The notes under the pieces were generated by a model. The model searched no databases. It saw only the letters and a program-made list of their open reading frames with translations, and had not been told where the DNA came from. A stretch of DNA of 64,000 bases, taken from NCBI GenBank assembly GCA_017479555.1, contig JAFVCB010000045.1, forward strand, positions 14,358 to 78,357, in the 5' to 3' direction. Each line of letters starts with the position of its first letter. Position 1 is the first letter of the stretch. Source of the DNA: Bacteroidaceae bacterium (lineage in GTDB: Bacteria > Bacteroidota > Bacteroidia > Bacteroidales > Bacteroidaceae). The position numbers were made by a program, and so were the translations under genes. This document shows, in pieces, positions 41,001 through 54,265 of the stretch.

Positions 41001-41373
41001 CGTGGACTATTCTACAGACTTGTTCTTGGCCGATATGTGGCTTGAAGTGGGCAACAAAAAAGAGGCATCCGTTCTCTATGCAGCAATAGCGCGTCAGTCG
41101 TTGGACATGATACGATGGCTGAATTCGTTCTCCGAAGACTTTGTCTTTGAGAATATGACCGACAAATGCTATAAGCAATTTCAAATCACCACATTGGCAC
41201 TCGAAGCACTCAAGGAGTGCGACCAGTCGCGCTACACCCCACTCCAAAGTGAGTTAGACGCAATGTCCGAAACCACAGTAGGTAGAGCAGCTATGGAAGT
41301 CATACAACAGCAGCTCAGAGAGCAACAACAAGCAGCTCCTCCGACCACAGCCGCCTCGCCCTTTGGTTTCTAA
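38041..41373 (+). CDS. DUF2723 / TMEM260-like polytopic GT-C membrane protein
   Basis: SFWDCPEF, EVGHPPGAP, FWFSAVEGEVY, PRERDYAY and GDNDTFPLWY; many TM helices; helical (TPR-like) C-terminus. Confidence 0.9.
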   Translation: MKQYNLLNNVTGWVVFAIAAFTYCSTVEPSASFWDCPEFISTAYKLEVGHPPGAPFFMLTGNLFSQFTSDTSQVALMINIMSALLSAFCILFLFWTITALVRKLVVKDATRATLSQTILVMGAGVTGALAYTWSDTFWFSAVEGEVYAYSSMFTALVFWLILKWEARADEAGSDKWLVLIFYLTGLSIGVHLLNLLCLPAITLVYYYKKNPQANLWGSLLALLISFALIAAVLYGVVPGIVKVGGWFELFFVNTVGLSFNSGFAIYILVLVAVVLAAIWSTTRGNRSLINALFLLSVALLGIPFLGHGVMAIIIGFVILAVLGILLCNKHGKNYLLRKRVLNTSLLCMLMLMIGYSTYAVIVIRSTANPPMDQDSPEDVFTLGEYLGREQYGDTPLLYGYAFSSQPVKMDMSTRYQKHEKHDASEPDRYDEVEVSGNYVYPRAMKMFFPRMHSALHSKAYEQWLGGIDMKLVDGDWEGRYFQGEMPSQADNLRFFMSYQVNFMYWRYFMWNFAGRQNDIQGFGEKEHGNWITGISFIDNALYGDQSLLPDDLKNNKGHNVFYCLPLLLGLIGLFWQAYRGKQGIQQFWVVFFLFFMTGLAIVLYLNQKPQEPRERDYAYAGSFYAFAIWIGMGVAGLAEGLRRYVKNEMVVAVAVSVLGVLVPLQMVSQTWDDHDRSGRFACRDFGMNYLSTLPEEGNPIIFTNGDNDTFPLWYAQEVEGFRTDARVCNLSYLQTSWYTDQMVRPAYDSPSLPIAWETYQYVDNMGYDVFLVNPDKRSELDAIKAAHPDVNPYDLKYIIDNYVRTGKIKDNDRIVIPTDSVVVPVNKANVIASGMTLPNGPDSIPDYITISWKSERVISKSKMMIYEMLARNDWKRPIFMSVTLGQSNYAGLERYLSLEGLAYRITPFVWNQQVDVDKMYDNMMNRFRWGNVSWTGIYLDETNMRMCRTHRHMMAQLAKALIEKGDKQRAANVLAKTMKELPTTTIPVDYSTDLFLADMWLEVGNKKEASVLYAAIARQSLDMIRWLNSFSEDFVFENMTDKCYKQFQITTLALEALKECDQSRYTPLQSELDAMSETTVGRAAMEVIQQQLREQQQAAPPTTAASPFGF

Positions 41374-41425
41374 GCGAAAGCATTGCCATCAGAGACGGTA
41401 GCTTCAAGCTACATCTCAGCGATTA

Positions 41426-41461
41426 AAAATCCCGTGCCGCATTCGTGCAGTACGGGATTTT
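41426..41461 (+). terminator. Intrinsic terminator followed by a -7 box for the next gene
   Basis: aaaatcccgtgc / gtacgggatttt stem; TACTTTTG at 41466-41473. Confidence 0.65.
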
Positions 41462-41502
41462 AAGTTACTTTTGCCCACAAGCACTACTATTATTCAGTCA
41501 GC

Positions 41503-42117
41503 ATGTTTATCGAACAACCTGCCACCTATCTACGCTGGGTCTACCCGCATGCCATGTGGCGTATGGGACGCTACGACCAGAGTGTATACCTGACGTTCGA
41601 TGATGGTCCTATACCAGAGGTGACGCCTTGGGTACTTGACATCTTGGCGCGCTATGGCATCAAAGCCACATTTTTTATGGTAGGAGACAACGTGCGTAAA
41701 CACCCCGATGTATTTGAGAGAGTCAAGGCCGAAGGTCATCGGCTGGGCAACCATACCTTTCACCATATCGGCGGATTCAGACATGGTGTGAAAAGTTATC
41801 TGAAGGACGTAGAAGAAGCCAATAAACTCATCGGCAGCAACCTCTTCAGACCACCTCATGGCTGGATGAAAACATGGCAATATCGAGGAGTGCGAAAAGC
41901 AGGGTACGACATCGTGATGTGGGATCTCGTCACACGTGACTACTCGAAACGACTCAATGGACGCGACATCCTACGTATCGTACGCAAATATGCTCGTCCA
42001 GGAAGCATCATCACCTTTCACGACTCGCTGAAAAGCCATGACAAACTGCTATATGCCCTACCGCGAGCTATAGAATGGCTTATGGCACAAGGCTATACTT
42101 TCAAGACGCTGCCATGA
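41503..42117 (+). CDS. Polysaccharide deacetylase (CE4)
   Basis: LTFDDGP, GNHTFHH, FRPPHG, IITFHD. Confidence 0.93.
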   Translation: MFIEQPATYLRWVYPHAMWRMGRYDQSVYLTFDDGPIPEVTPWVLDILARYGIKATFFMVGDNVRKHPDVFERVKAEGHRLGNHTFHHIGGFRHGVKSYLKDVEEANKLIGSNLFRPPHGWMKTWQYRGVRKAGYDIVMWDLVTRDYSKRLNGRDILRIVRKYARPGSIITFHDSLKSHDKLLYALPRAIEWLMAQGYTFKTLP

Positions 42118-42224
42118 TACGTTGCGGTCAAGGCTCTCCGCTTATACATATATATATTATATAGTAGCGCGCAGGGAGACTGGTTGGCTCAGTATCATCA
42201 AGCAAAACATCTCAATATCTCAAA

Positions 42225-44459
42225 ATGACTAAGAAGCAATCAAAGCGACGCCTAACCAAGCGCGATATTTACTATTTTCTCACCCAACTGTTTGAAGCCA
42301 GTCCCGAGAAAAGTTTTTCATCTAAGCAACTGTTTGATGCCTTGAACCTCAAGACGCATCCATCTAAAATGCTCTGCTTAGATGTGCTTTCAGAACTGCT
42401 CATGCAGGGTTATATCCTACGCGAAGAGGGAGAGCGCTATCGTTATGCCATTCGCTCACAACAGATAGATGGCGTGTTTCGTCGCAAGAGTGGCATGCGC
42501 TATGGCATTTTTGAGGCTGCCGAGGGCAATAGAGAATTTGTGGTGCGGGATCGTCTCTCTCGACATGCGCTCGACGGAGATAGAGTGCGCGTAGCCTTAC
42601 TTCCGCCGCGACATGGCCATGAGCCAGAAGCCAAAGTGATAGAAATCTTAGAGCGTGTTCACGACACCTTTGTGGGAAAGCTCCAAGTGGAGAAAAACTT
42701 CGCGTTTCTTATCACAGAGAGTAGATTGCTCGACGTAGATATTTTTATACCTCGTACATCCCTCAAAGGTGGACGAACGGGCGACAAAGCGGTGGTCAAG
42801 ATTACACATTGGAACGAAGACGATAAATCTCCGACGGGTAAAGTGATAGACATCTTAGGCCGCAGCGGAGAGAACGAAGCCGAGATGCACGCCATCTTAG
42901 CCGAGTATGGTCTGCCATACAGCTATCCCGAACGCGTAGAGCAAGCGGCAAACGCAATAGACGACACCATCTCAGAAGAAGAAATCGCTCGTCGCGAAGA
43001 CTACCGAGACGTGACGACCTTTACGATAGACCCACGCGATGCGAAGGACTTCGACGATGCGCTTTCTATCCGCCTGCTCGCAGGAGAGTGGGGGCAGCAG
43101 AATGCGGTATATGAAATAGGTATACACATCGCAGATGTTTCGCACTATGTTCAGGAGGGTGACATCATCGACAAAGAAGCCCAGCGCCGTGCCACAAGCA
43201 TCTACCTCGTGGATCGTACCATACCGATGTTGCCAGAGCGTTTGTGTAATTATATATGTTCCCTACGCCCAGACGAAGACAAGTTGGCCTACAGCACCAT
43301 CTTCGTAGTTAATCATAAGGCCGAAATCACTTCGTGGCATCTTGCCCACACTGTTATTCGCAGTAATCGCCGCTTTGCCTACGAAGAAGCTCAATACATA
43401 TTGGAGCAAAACGGAGAGGCCTCAGCTGAAGACTTAGCTTTGCCTGGTGAACACCCACAAGTACAGGGTAGCCTCGAACATCCACAAGGCGAGTATGCGC
43501 AAGAGCTTATAGTCCTCAATAGATTAGCAAAAGTGCTTCGCAGAGAACGTTTCTCTCATGGGGCTACACCATTGAACAGACCAGAAATTCGCTTTGAGAT
43601 AGACGAAAAAGGACATCCCGTTTCCACCTATGTCAAGGTGGCGAAAGATGCCAACAAACTTGTGGAGGAATTCATGCTACTGAGCAATAGGCACGTGGCA
43701 GAGCATATAGGTCGTGTGCCTAAAGGCAAGAAAGCCAAAGTGCTGCCCTATCGTATACACGATGTACCCGACAGCGAAAAGTTGGAAAAACTCTCCTCAT
43801 TCGCCCGAAAGTTTGGTCATCAGCTTCGTACCGATGGCTCCAAGACTGATGTGGCAAAGGGTATAGGCAAATTGCTCGAGGCTATTCATGGGCGAGCAGA
43901 AGAGAAAGCGATAGAGATGGCTACGCTGCGGGCTATGCAGAAAGCGCGCTACTCCACACACAACATAGGACACTACGGACTGATGTTCCCGTACTATACG
44001 CACTTCACCTCGCCCATACGTCGCTATCCCGACACCATGGTACATAGGCTGCTCACGCGCTATGAGGCTGGCGGACGAAGTGCATCGCGCGAGAAATATG
44101 AAGCGTTGTGCGACCATAGTTCTGACATGGAGCTAATCGCTTCGGCGGCTGAACGCGCCAGTATCAAATACAAGCAAGTAGAGTTCATGGCCGACCGATT
44201 GGGACAAGTCTTTGACGGTCACATCAGCGGCATTACAGAGTTTGGGCTTTATGTGGAGATAGATGAGAATGGCTGTGAGGGATTTGTACCGCTTCGAGAT
44301 TTGACCGAAGACTATTATGAGTTTGACGATAAGAACTATTGTCTGGTAGGTCGTCGCAGCCATCATCGCTATGGACTTGGAGATGCCTTGCGCATCAAAG
44401 TGGCACGTACAAATCTCGACCGTAAACAGCTTGACTTCGAGCTTGTTCCCTCTGAATAG
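42225..44459 (+). CDS. rnr: Ribonuclease R
   Basis: FTIDPRDAKDFDDA, HIADV, LVEEFML, YTHFTSPIRRYPD; C-terminal S1 domain. Confidence 0.96.
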   Translation: MTKKQSKRRLTKRDIYYFLTQLFEASPEKSFSSKQLFDALNLKTHPSKMLCLDVLSELLMQGYILREEGERYRYAIRSQQIDGVFRRKSGMRYGIFEAAEGNREFVVRDRLSRHALDGDRVRVALLPPRHGHEPEAKVIEILERVHDTFVGKLQVEKNFAFLITESRLLDVDIFIPRTSLKGGRTGDKAVVKITHWNEDDKSPTGKVIDILGRSGENEAEMHAILAEYGLPYSYPERVEQAANAIDDTISEEEIARREDYRDVTTFTIDPRDAKDFDDALSIRLLAGEWGQQNAVYEIGIHIADVSHYVQEGDIIDKEAQRRATSIYLVDRTIPMLPERLCNYICSLRPDEDKLAYSTIFVVNHKAEITSWHLAHTVIRSNRRFAYEEAQYILEQNGEASAEDLALPGEHPQVQGSLEHPQGEYAQELIVLNRLAKVLRRERFSHGATPLNRPEIRFEIDEKGHPVSTYVKVAKDANKLVEEFMLLSNRHVAEHIGRVPKGKKAKVLPYRIHDVPDSEKLEKLSSFARKFGHQLRTDGSKTDVAKGIGKLLEAIHGRAEEKAIEMATLRAMQKARYSTHNIGHYGLMFPYYTHFTSPIRRYPDTMVHRLLTRYEAGGRSASREKYEALCDHSSDMELIASAAERASIKYKQVEFMADRLGQVFDGHISGITEFGLYVEIDENGCEGFVPLRDLTEDYYEFDDKNYCLVGRRSHHRYGLGDALRIKVARTNLDRKQLDFELVPSE

Positions 44460-44473
44460 ATATACCCTCAGAC

Positions 44474-45304
44474 CTACCACCTCGCGGCTACCATGCGCTT
44501 GCGGCCAAAGCGGTCGCAGGCCACTTTGACAGAGCGGTAACCTTCGTGCTTCAATAACGCACTGACTTCATCTGTCAGCGCAGTGTTGCATTCCACGTAT
44601 AGCGACAAATGGCTTGCTGCCAAGCCCTCGTAATGGAGCAACGGCCTTTCTGAGGGTACAAACAACGCTTCGTGAGGCTCATAATCCAGCACATGCTGTG
44701 CCATTTCAGCTTTCTCTTGAGGAAGTACGTAGGGAGGATTGCTCACACAGAGGTCAAAGCGGTGAGCTTCCTCAGGGAGTTGAGCCATATCCTTTAGACA
44801 AAAAGTAACGTCAGCCCCCAAGCGCAACGCATTTTTGCGCGCTATGGCTAAAGCATCGGCGGATATATCCCAAGCCTCAACACTTGCCTGAGGGAATAAG
44901 AGTTTCAACGCAATGGCTATAGCCCCGCTCCCAGTGCCACAGTCCACAATGTGTAGCGGCTGTGACGAGTCGTAGCTTTCTGCAACCCACTGTACCAAGT
45001 CTTCTGTTTCAGGGCGTGGAATGAGTACGCCCGACTTCACCTCTATCTTGTGGCCTAAGAAGTAGGTATGTCCCACCACATACTGTACAGGTTCACCATC
45101 TTCCAGTCGCTTGAGGATTTGCGCAAACTTTTGTGCATCTGCTGACGAAAAAGGCTTAACTTTGCCGATGTAAACATCAGTCTGACTCCAGCCAAAAACC
45201 TCCTTCAATACATATAGAGCTATGGCGCGAGCTTCGCGCAGTTCATAGTTTTGTCGTAGAGAGGCGAGGAGGCACTGATAGCGAACAAAGGGATTTTCCA
45301 TCAT
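44474..45304 (-). CDS. prmC: Release factor glutamine methyltransferase
   Basis: EPVQY, VLIPRPETE, DCGTGSG, SNPPY; start placed at MMENPF. Confidence 0.93.
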   Translation of the reverse strand: MMENPFVRYQCLLASLRQNYELREARAIALYVLKEVFGWSQTDVYIGKVKPFSSADAQKFAQILKRLEDGEPVQYVVGHTYFLGHKIEVKSGVLIPRPETEDLVQWVAESYDSSQPLHIVDCGTGSGAIAIALKLLFPQASVEAWDISADALAIARKNALRLGADVTFCLKDMAQLPEEAHRFDLCVSNPPYVLPQEKAEMAQHVLDYEPHEALFVPSERPLLHYEGLAASHLSLYVECNTALTDEVSALLKHEGYRSVKVACDRFGRKRMVAARW

Positions 45305-45313
45305 GTTTCTGAA

Positions 45314-46315
45314 ATGGTAAGCAAAGATACACATCTTCATACAGATGAGTCTGCAACGGACGAAAAATATATGCTTCGTGCCCTGCAACTGGCGCGTTTG
45401 GGGCGCAATAGCACAGCCCCTAACCCGATGGTAGGTGCTGTTATTGTGGCTCAAGGTAGAATTATCGGTGAGGGGTATCATATTCGTGCAGGTGAGGGAC
45501 ATGCAGAAGTGAATGCCATCAAGAGCGTGCGGTCTGAAGACTTAGCTCTTTTGAGCGAGAGTACCATCTACGTGACGTTAGAGCCTTGCTCCCACTATGG
45601 ACGCACACCTCCTTGTGCTGAACTCATTGTTCGTCATCGCATAGCCCGTTGTGTCATAGGCTGTGTAGACCCTTTTCCACAGGTGAGTGGACGGGGTATA
45701 GAGTTGTTACGCCAAGCTGGTGTCGTTGTTCGTGTCGGAGTGCTGGAAGAGGCTTGTAGAAATCTCAACCGACAGTTCATCACCTTTCACCAGAAAAAGC
45801 GCCCCTACGTCACGTTGAAATGGGCGCGTTCCCAAGATGGATATATCGACAGACTGCGCAACGATGGTGCAGCAACACGTCTCTCAACACCAGCTACGAC
45901 GCTGCACGTTCATGCCCAACGCGCCCAGCATGGTGCCATTCTTGTGGGACACCGCACTTGGTTGCTTGATCATCCGCGTCTTGATGTCCGCCATTGGTTT
46001 GGCAAAGCACCCTTACGCTTGGTCTTGGGACATAATCCTCAATCGCCTTTTCCTGCTGACGTATGCAGTGTGCAGTCGATAGACGAGGTATTCTCCACGC
46101 TGTATGAACGAGGCATCCAGTCGCTCCTCGTAGAGGGTGGGCGATGCACGCTCCAATCTTTTATAGACAGAGGAGACTGGGACGAAGCGTGGGAGGAATG
46201 TGCCGACATGCAGTTGCACGAAGGCGTGAAAGCACCCACAATGCCCACCGAACCAAACGAACAACTTGCTATATGGGGCGTGACATTCCGTCATTGGATA
46301 AAGCCATTGCGATAA
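45314..46315 (+). CDS. ribD: Riboflavin deaminase/reductase
   Basis: PNPMVGAVI, HAE, LEPCSHYGRTPPC, LKWA.S.DG, LLVEGG. Confidence 0.96.
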   Translation: MVSKDTHLHTDESATDEKYMLRALQLARLGRNSTAPNPMVGAVIVAQGRIIGEGYHIRAGEGHAEVNAIKSVRSEDLALLSESTIYVTLEPCSHYGRTPPCAELIVRHRIARCVIGCVDPFPQVSGRGIELLRQAGVVVRVGVLEEACRNLNRQFITFHQKKRPYVTLKWARSQDGYIDRLRNDGAATRLSTPATTLHVHAQRAQHGAILVGHRTWLLDHPRLDVRHWFGKAPLRLVLGHNPQSPFPADVCSVQSIDEVFSTLYERGIQSLLVEGGRCTLQSFIDRGDWDEAWEECADMQLHEGVKAPTMPTEPNEQLAIWGVTFRHWIKPLR

Positions 46316-46429
46316 GTTTTATCCCTTTCTTCAACAAAACCTATTTTGGTGTAGCCTTTTTTAGAACAACAATCGCTAATTTTGCCACTGCAACCAAAAG
46401 CCACTCTTGTTGGCACAAAACCTATTCCG

Positions 46430-47248
46430 ATGAAATCGATACGCAATATATTTATATATGGAGTACTCTGCATTTGCGCCAGTGTCTTGATGCTCGCTTG
46501 TGGTGCGCCTAAAGTAGAGGAGGAGGTGGAGACCGCCGAGAAACTATGCCCCATCGATGTGGGACGCGTAGGAAAAATCACAGATGTCTCACAGAGCGAC
46601 ACGATTGTTGTGTTTACGTTCAAGGTGGACGAGGACTCCGTGGCCTTGGATTCCACTTTCAGGCAAAGCCAAAAGGCAGAGAGCTTTCTCAACACCATAC
46701 TTCAAGGAAAGAAGAAAAAAGTGCGTCGTTTGTTGTCTGCCATGGTGGCCTCGCAGAAAGGGTTGCGTTTCAACTATATTGGCAGCAAGAGCGGGGAGAG
46801 CGTGCAGGCTACAATCAGCGGCCTGCGCCTGACGAAAATTGTAGACAAAGATGGTGCGAGTATTCCCCATCCTGATCGCAAGATTCGTCTTGCGGTCACG
46901 GATTCTGTTGGAAAGATTCTCTCCGATGTAAGAAAGGAACTGCCTCGAAAGTTGCGCGATGGTTTATTGTTGGAGCAAGTCAAAGTTGAAGGCGGATACA
47001 TCGTCTATACTTTCACCCTTGACGGAATGGGTCTCTCACTCGAACGGGTCAAGAACCATCCCGAGGCAGTTAAGTCGGAACTTGTGAAGCTCTTGCCTGG
47101 TCTCAGCTGGATGAAAAACTATTCCAAAGAAGGTTGCTTGGGGCTGATTTTGCGTTTTTATAAGAAGAAAACGAGTCAAAGCAATGGACGCCCTAAATCC
47201 GAGGCCATACTTCTTACGCCTACCGAATTAGACAAACTGAAGTTGTAG
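46430..47248 (+). CDS. Hypothetical lipoprotein with an apparent internal duplication
   Basis: Lipobox LMLAC; two similar halves (CPIDVG..IVVFTFKVDE..GLRFNY and LPRKLR..YIVYTFTLDG..GLILRF). Confidence 0.65.
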   Translation: MKSIRNIFIYGVLCICASVLMLACGAPKVEEEVETAEKLCPIDVGRVGKITDVSQSDTIVVFTFKVDEDSVALDSTFRQSQKAESFLNTILQGKKKKVRRLLSAMVASQKGLRFNYIGSKSGESVQATISGLRLTKIVDKDGASIPHPDRKIRLAVTDSVGKILSDVRKELPRKLRDGLLLEQVKVEGGYIVYTFTLDGMGLSLERVKNHPEAVKSELVKLLPGLSWMKNYSKEGCLGLILRFYKKKTSQSNGRPKSEAILLTPTELDKLKL

Positions 47249-47262
47249 GCGCTGGCTTAAAC

Positions 47263-47330
47263 CCAAATCGGTCATTAGGTAGATAGGATGTTTTTTGTGA
47301 TTGTCCTATAGCACCTAATGACCGATTTGG
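47263..47330. terminator. 18-bp perfect inverted repeat between convergent genes
   Basis: ccaaatcggtcattaggt / acctaatgaccgatttgg, plus inner ataggat/gtcctat. Confidence 0.8.
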
Positions 47331-47368
47331 TTTCAATGCTCTTCGTCGTATATAGGCAACACCCGATA

Positions 47369-48163
47369 CTACTTTCTGCTTGCCAATGTTTTCAGGTGTG
47401 CTTTTCGCAAGCGAGCGTAGGGCTTCAAAGCTGTGCGATGCAAGTCTATGATGAGGTCGCGAACCAAGCGATGAACAGTACGGTCGTGGCGTGCTTCCAA
47501 AGCTGAAGAACTGTGTTGGGCTGGAATAGGCTTGCGCTGAGCCACCAGATAGATAGTGGCTTCGTGCGTGTCTATCACTCGAATGCCTCCATCAACAGCT
47601 ACGGCAGCCCCGTCAGCATCTGTCTTGACATACATCATGACAGCCGAAACCTCTGTGCTGTCTCTGTCAATATATGCTATACCACTGCCGCGCACATACA
47701 TGCTATCTTGTGAAGTAGACGTTTTCTCTCGCGATAGTCCTACGATGAAGTTCAGTGGCCTACCTTCTTCTTCTGCCTGCAGATGCAGCACCAGCGTACG
47801 ATGTTTTTCGTAAACAAAGAGCTGACGCTCCATGTGTAGATTGCCGTACGTCACATTGGTATGAGCCGTATTTGCCAACGTGTCAATGACGTTTTCGTAT
47901 TCGTCTGCGGTTCGCAAGCCTGGAAAAGTGAGCGACAAAGTTCCCTCTACCGTCATTGGTCGAGATGCGGTGGAGTCTGCTGACGTTGTGCGCCAATATA
48001 TGGTATCCGTTCCTATACCGCCAAGATACGATACATCGAAACTTTGCGATGAAAGCCTGTAGGCTTCAGACTGCGTTGAGGCTGGAAGAGTGACCGTCTG
48101 TGCGTGGCCTATCACGGCACACACGATAGAAAGAAATGTCAGAATAGATAGGCGGAAGTTCAT
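47369..48163 (-). CDS. Exported protein resembling an isolated GH95 (alpha-fucosidase) N-terminal domain
   Basis: G.L.L.F..Y...ID....A...Y......R.LF......LV.HL.A...LNF..L, V....EATIYL and Y..L...H match recalled GH95-N order; ends at 264 aa. Confidence 0.55.
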   Translation of the reverse strand: MNFRLSILTFLSIVCAVIGHAQTVTLPASTQSEAYRLSSQSFDVSYLGGIGTDTIYWRTTSADSTASRPMTVEGTLSLTFPGLRTADEYENVIDTLANTAHTNVTYGNLHMERQLFVYEKHRTLVLHLQAEEEGRPLNFIVGLSREKTSTSQDSMYVRGSGIAYIDRDSTEVSAVMMYVKTDADGAAVAVDGGIRVIDTHEATIYLVAQRKPIPAQHSSSALEARHDRTVHRLVRDLIIDLHRTALKPYARLRKAHLKTLASRK

Positions 48164-48219
48164 GACGAGAAGTTTATGTGAACGTTGCGAATGAGACTTC
48201 TATGCTTTGGTATGCAAAA

Positions 48220-49527
48220 CTATTTGCAGAGTGCGATGCAAACACGATCTTGGAAAGCTCGTCCTGCCGATGCGTTGCGCAGCCCATTGTTCATGATGCT
48301 AAATGCGATGACATGCCCATTGCTTGCGGTGCAGTATCCGCTCAGCGTGCTTACCCCTGCCACGGTACCCGTCTTGGCATAAACATTGTTCGCAGCGGGT
48401 GTGTTCTTCATCCTACTTTTCAGTGTGCCGTCAACGGCAGCTATCGGTAGGCTTGGTATCAGCGCCTCGCGAATGTCGGGTTTCTGGTAGGCGTAGCGCA
48501 GTAGTCGGATGAGCAGTTGGGGAGTAGCATAGTTGTAGAGCGAGAGTCCGCTGCCGTCTGCAAACTCATAGATGGTATAGTCGAGGCCTAACCGAGCTAC
48601 AAGGCTGTCTATCACCGCAGCAGCCTCTTTGCGTCCACCACCTCGAGGGCGCATTTGGGCGGCGAGCTGATAGAACATGCTCTCGGCATAGAGGTTGTTG
48701 CTCTGTTTCATCATGAGTTGAAGCACATCGGCTATGGGACGTGTCTTTTCGCAGAGCAGAAGTGCCGCGTCTGGCGTTAGGCCGCTCATCATCTGACCAT
48801 TAAACTTGATGCCAGCCGTATGCAGTGAGGTGTATAGCGCGTTGGCAAAGTCGTCCGTGCCATTGTAGAGCAAGGAGACAATAGGGGCATCGTCGTCGTC
48901 CCAGCACCATCCCCAACCCAGTCGGTTCTCGTCTTTCATCGATGTGTCAAGGATGATGTTACCGCGAATTTCGGTGATGCCGCGCCTTTTGAGTGAGGAG
49001 ATGAACGCGTCTAAATCCTCACTGCCAAACAAGGGGTCGAACCCTCCGTGAACATAAACATTTCCAGAGAGGTAAATGCGTTCCTGGAATAAATTGTCGT
49101 CAAGGCGCACATAGAGCGTGTCGGGCTCGTAGTCGGTCAATAGCGAGGTGTGGTAGGTGTAGCCGCAGCCTAAGAGATCGAGAGCCGTGACAGCCGTGAT
49201 GATTTTAGCATTACTGGCAGGACGCAAGCGATATTCGGGATGGTAGGCGTAGATAAGGCTGTCGTCGGTGAGGTCGTAGATACATATACCTACCTGTGTC
49301 TGACTGAAAAGTTTGTCGCGCAATAGGCTACGTACACGGGAGGCCAGCACTTGTGCATGGGTCGTATGCAGTGTGTCAACCGTTAGCGTGCTGTCGGCAA
49401 GAGCTGCGTTGTCGTCAGACAGTGAGTCGCGCGTCAGCGTTACTTCGTCTATATCGATTACTTGCTGTGCTGACGTTGTCAGACTCAGCAGCAATAGGGC
49501 AGTGAGCAAGAATAGATTTCTATTCAC
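48220..49527 (-). CDS. dacB: D-Ala-D-Ala carboxypeptidase/endopeptidase PBP4 (S13)
   Basis: PASNAK (SxxK), SNN, DGSGLS, KTGT. Confidence 0.93.
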   Translation of the reverse strand: MNRNLFLLTALLLLSLTTSAQQVIDIDEVTLTRDSLSDDNAALADSTLTVDTLHTTHAQVLASRVRSLLRDKLFSQTQVGICIYDLTDDSLIYAYHPEYRLRPASNAKIITAVTALDLLGCGYTYHTSLLTDYEPDTLYVRLDDNLFQERIYLSGNVYVHGGFDPLFGSEDLDAFISSLKRRGITEIRGNIILDTSMKDENRLGWGWCWDDDDAPIVSLLYNGTDDFANALYTSLHTAGIKFNGQMMSGLTPDAALLLCEKTRPIADVLQLMMKQSNNLYAESMFYQLAAQMRPRGGGRKEAAAVIDSLVARLGLDYTIYEFADGSGLSLYNYATPQLLIRLLRYAYQKPDIREALIPSLPIAAVDGTLKSRMKNTPAANNVYAKTGTVAGVSTLSGYCTASNGHVIAFSIMNNGLRNASAGRAFQDRVCIALCK

Positions 49528-49622
49528 AAGCGTTGCAGTTTTTTCGTTTTGGTTCTTTTTTGATTATCCCAAACCTAATGGCTGAGTTGGGATACGGCGT
49601 GCGGTTTTTGAAACACAAGGCA

Positions 49623-49655
49623 AGTGACAAGGGCGTAAACACGTCGCTTGTCACT
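49623..49655 (-). terminator. Hairpin downstream of the GH2 gene
   Basis: agtgacaag..cgt / acg..cttgtcact. Confidence 0.5.
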
Positions 49656-49692
49656 CGCTCATTTAATGAATGTTTCTTGATGCTGAATGAAC

Positions 49693-53784
<4,092 letters not shown>

Positions 53785-53866
53785 TTATGCTTTTGCGCAC
53801 AAAGATAAGCAGAACTCTTGAATTGCTCTCTTTGCTCCAAGAGAAATGTGCGCCGTTGGCCTTTTC

Positions 53867-54076
53867 ACTGCATCGGTTAGTATTTCCGCCGCATCGGTTA
53901 GTCTTTTCGCTGTAATGGTTTCCTTGTTTGCTGCATTTGTTAGTCTGTTCGTTGCATTCGTTAATCTGTTCGCTGTATCGGTTAGTCTGTTCGCTGTGAT
54001 GGTTTCCCGATTTGCTGCATTTGTTAGTCTGTTCGTTGCATTCGTTAATCTTCTTGCTGCATCGGTTCGTCTTTTT
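53867..54076. repeat. 21-bp tandem array (10 units) with 84-bp higher-order repeat
   Basis: Consensus near gctgcatcggttagtctgttc; units 2-5 (53888-53971) are repeated as units 6-9 (53972-54055). Confidence 0.92.
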
Positions 54077-54114
54077 CGCGGCATGACGTTGCCTTTCGCT
54101 CTACCTTCCTGTAC

Positions 54115-54205
54115 ATTCTATAAACTTAGGTTTAGTTTATAAAAACTTAACCTAAATTTGTACAAACTTAGCCTTGATTTATACAAACTAAGCTTAGATT
54201 TATAA
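54115..54205. repeat. 91-bp AT-rich module of four quasi-palindromic 17-mers at 21-bp period (copy 2)
   Basis: Ungapped match to 35425-35515 (about 71/91 by manual count); both start attctataaa and end tttataa. Confidence 0.9.
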
Positions 54206-54265
54206 CCTTCCTCGGATTTCGCAGAATATCGGTGGGCATGTTGTGCGTTTTTCTTTCTATTTTTC

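Noticed and set aside
42143-42163. AT dinucleotide run upstream of rnr as a phase-variation tract
   Set aside because: Short, interrupted and not between recognisable promoter boxes.
45305-45502. Extended prmC N-terminus overlapping ribD
   Set aside because: Antisense shadow of ribD; the PrmC-like sequence begins near MMENPF.
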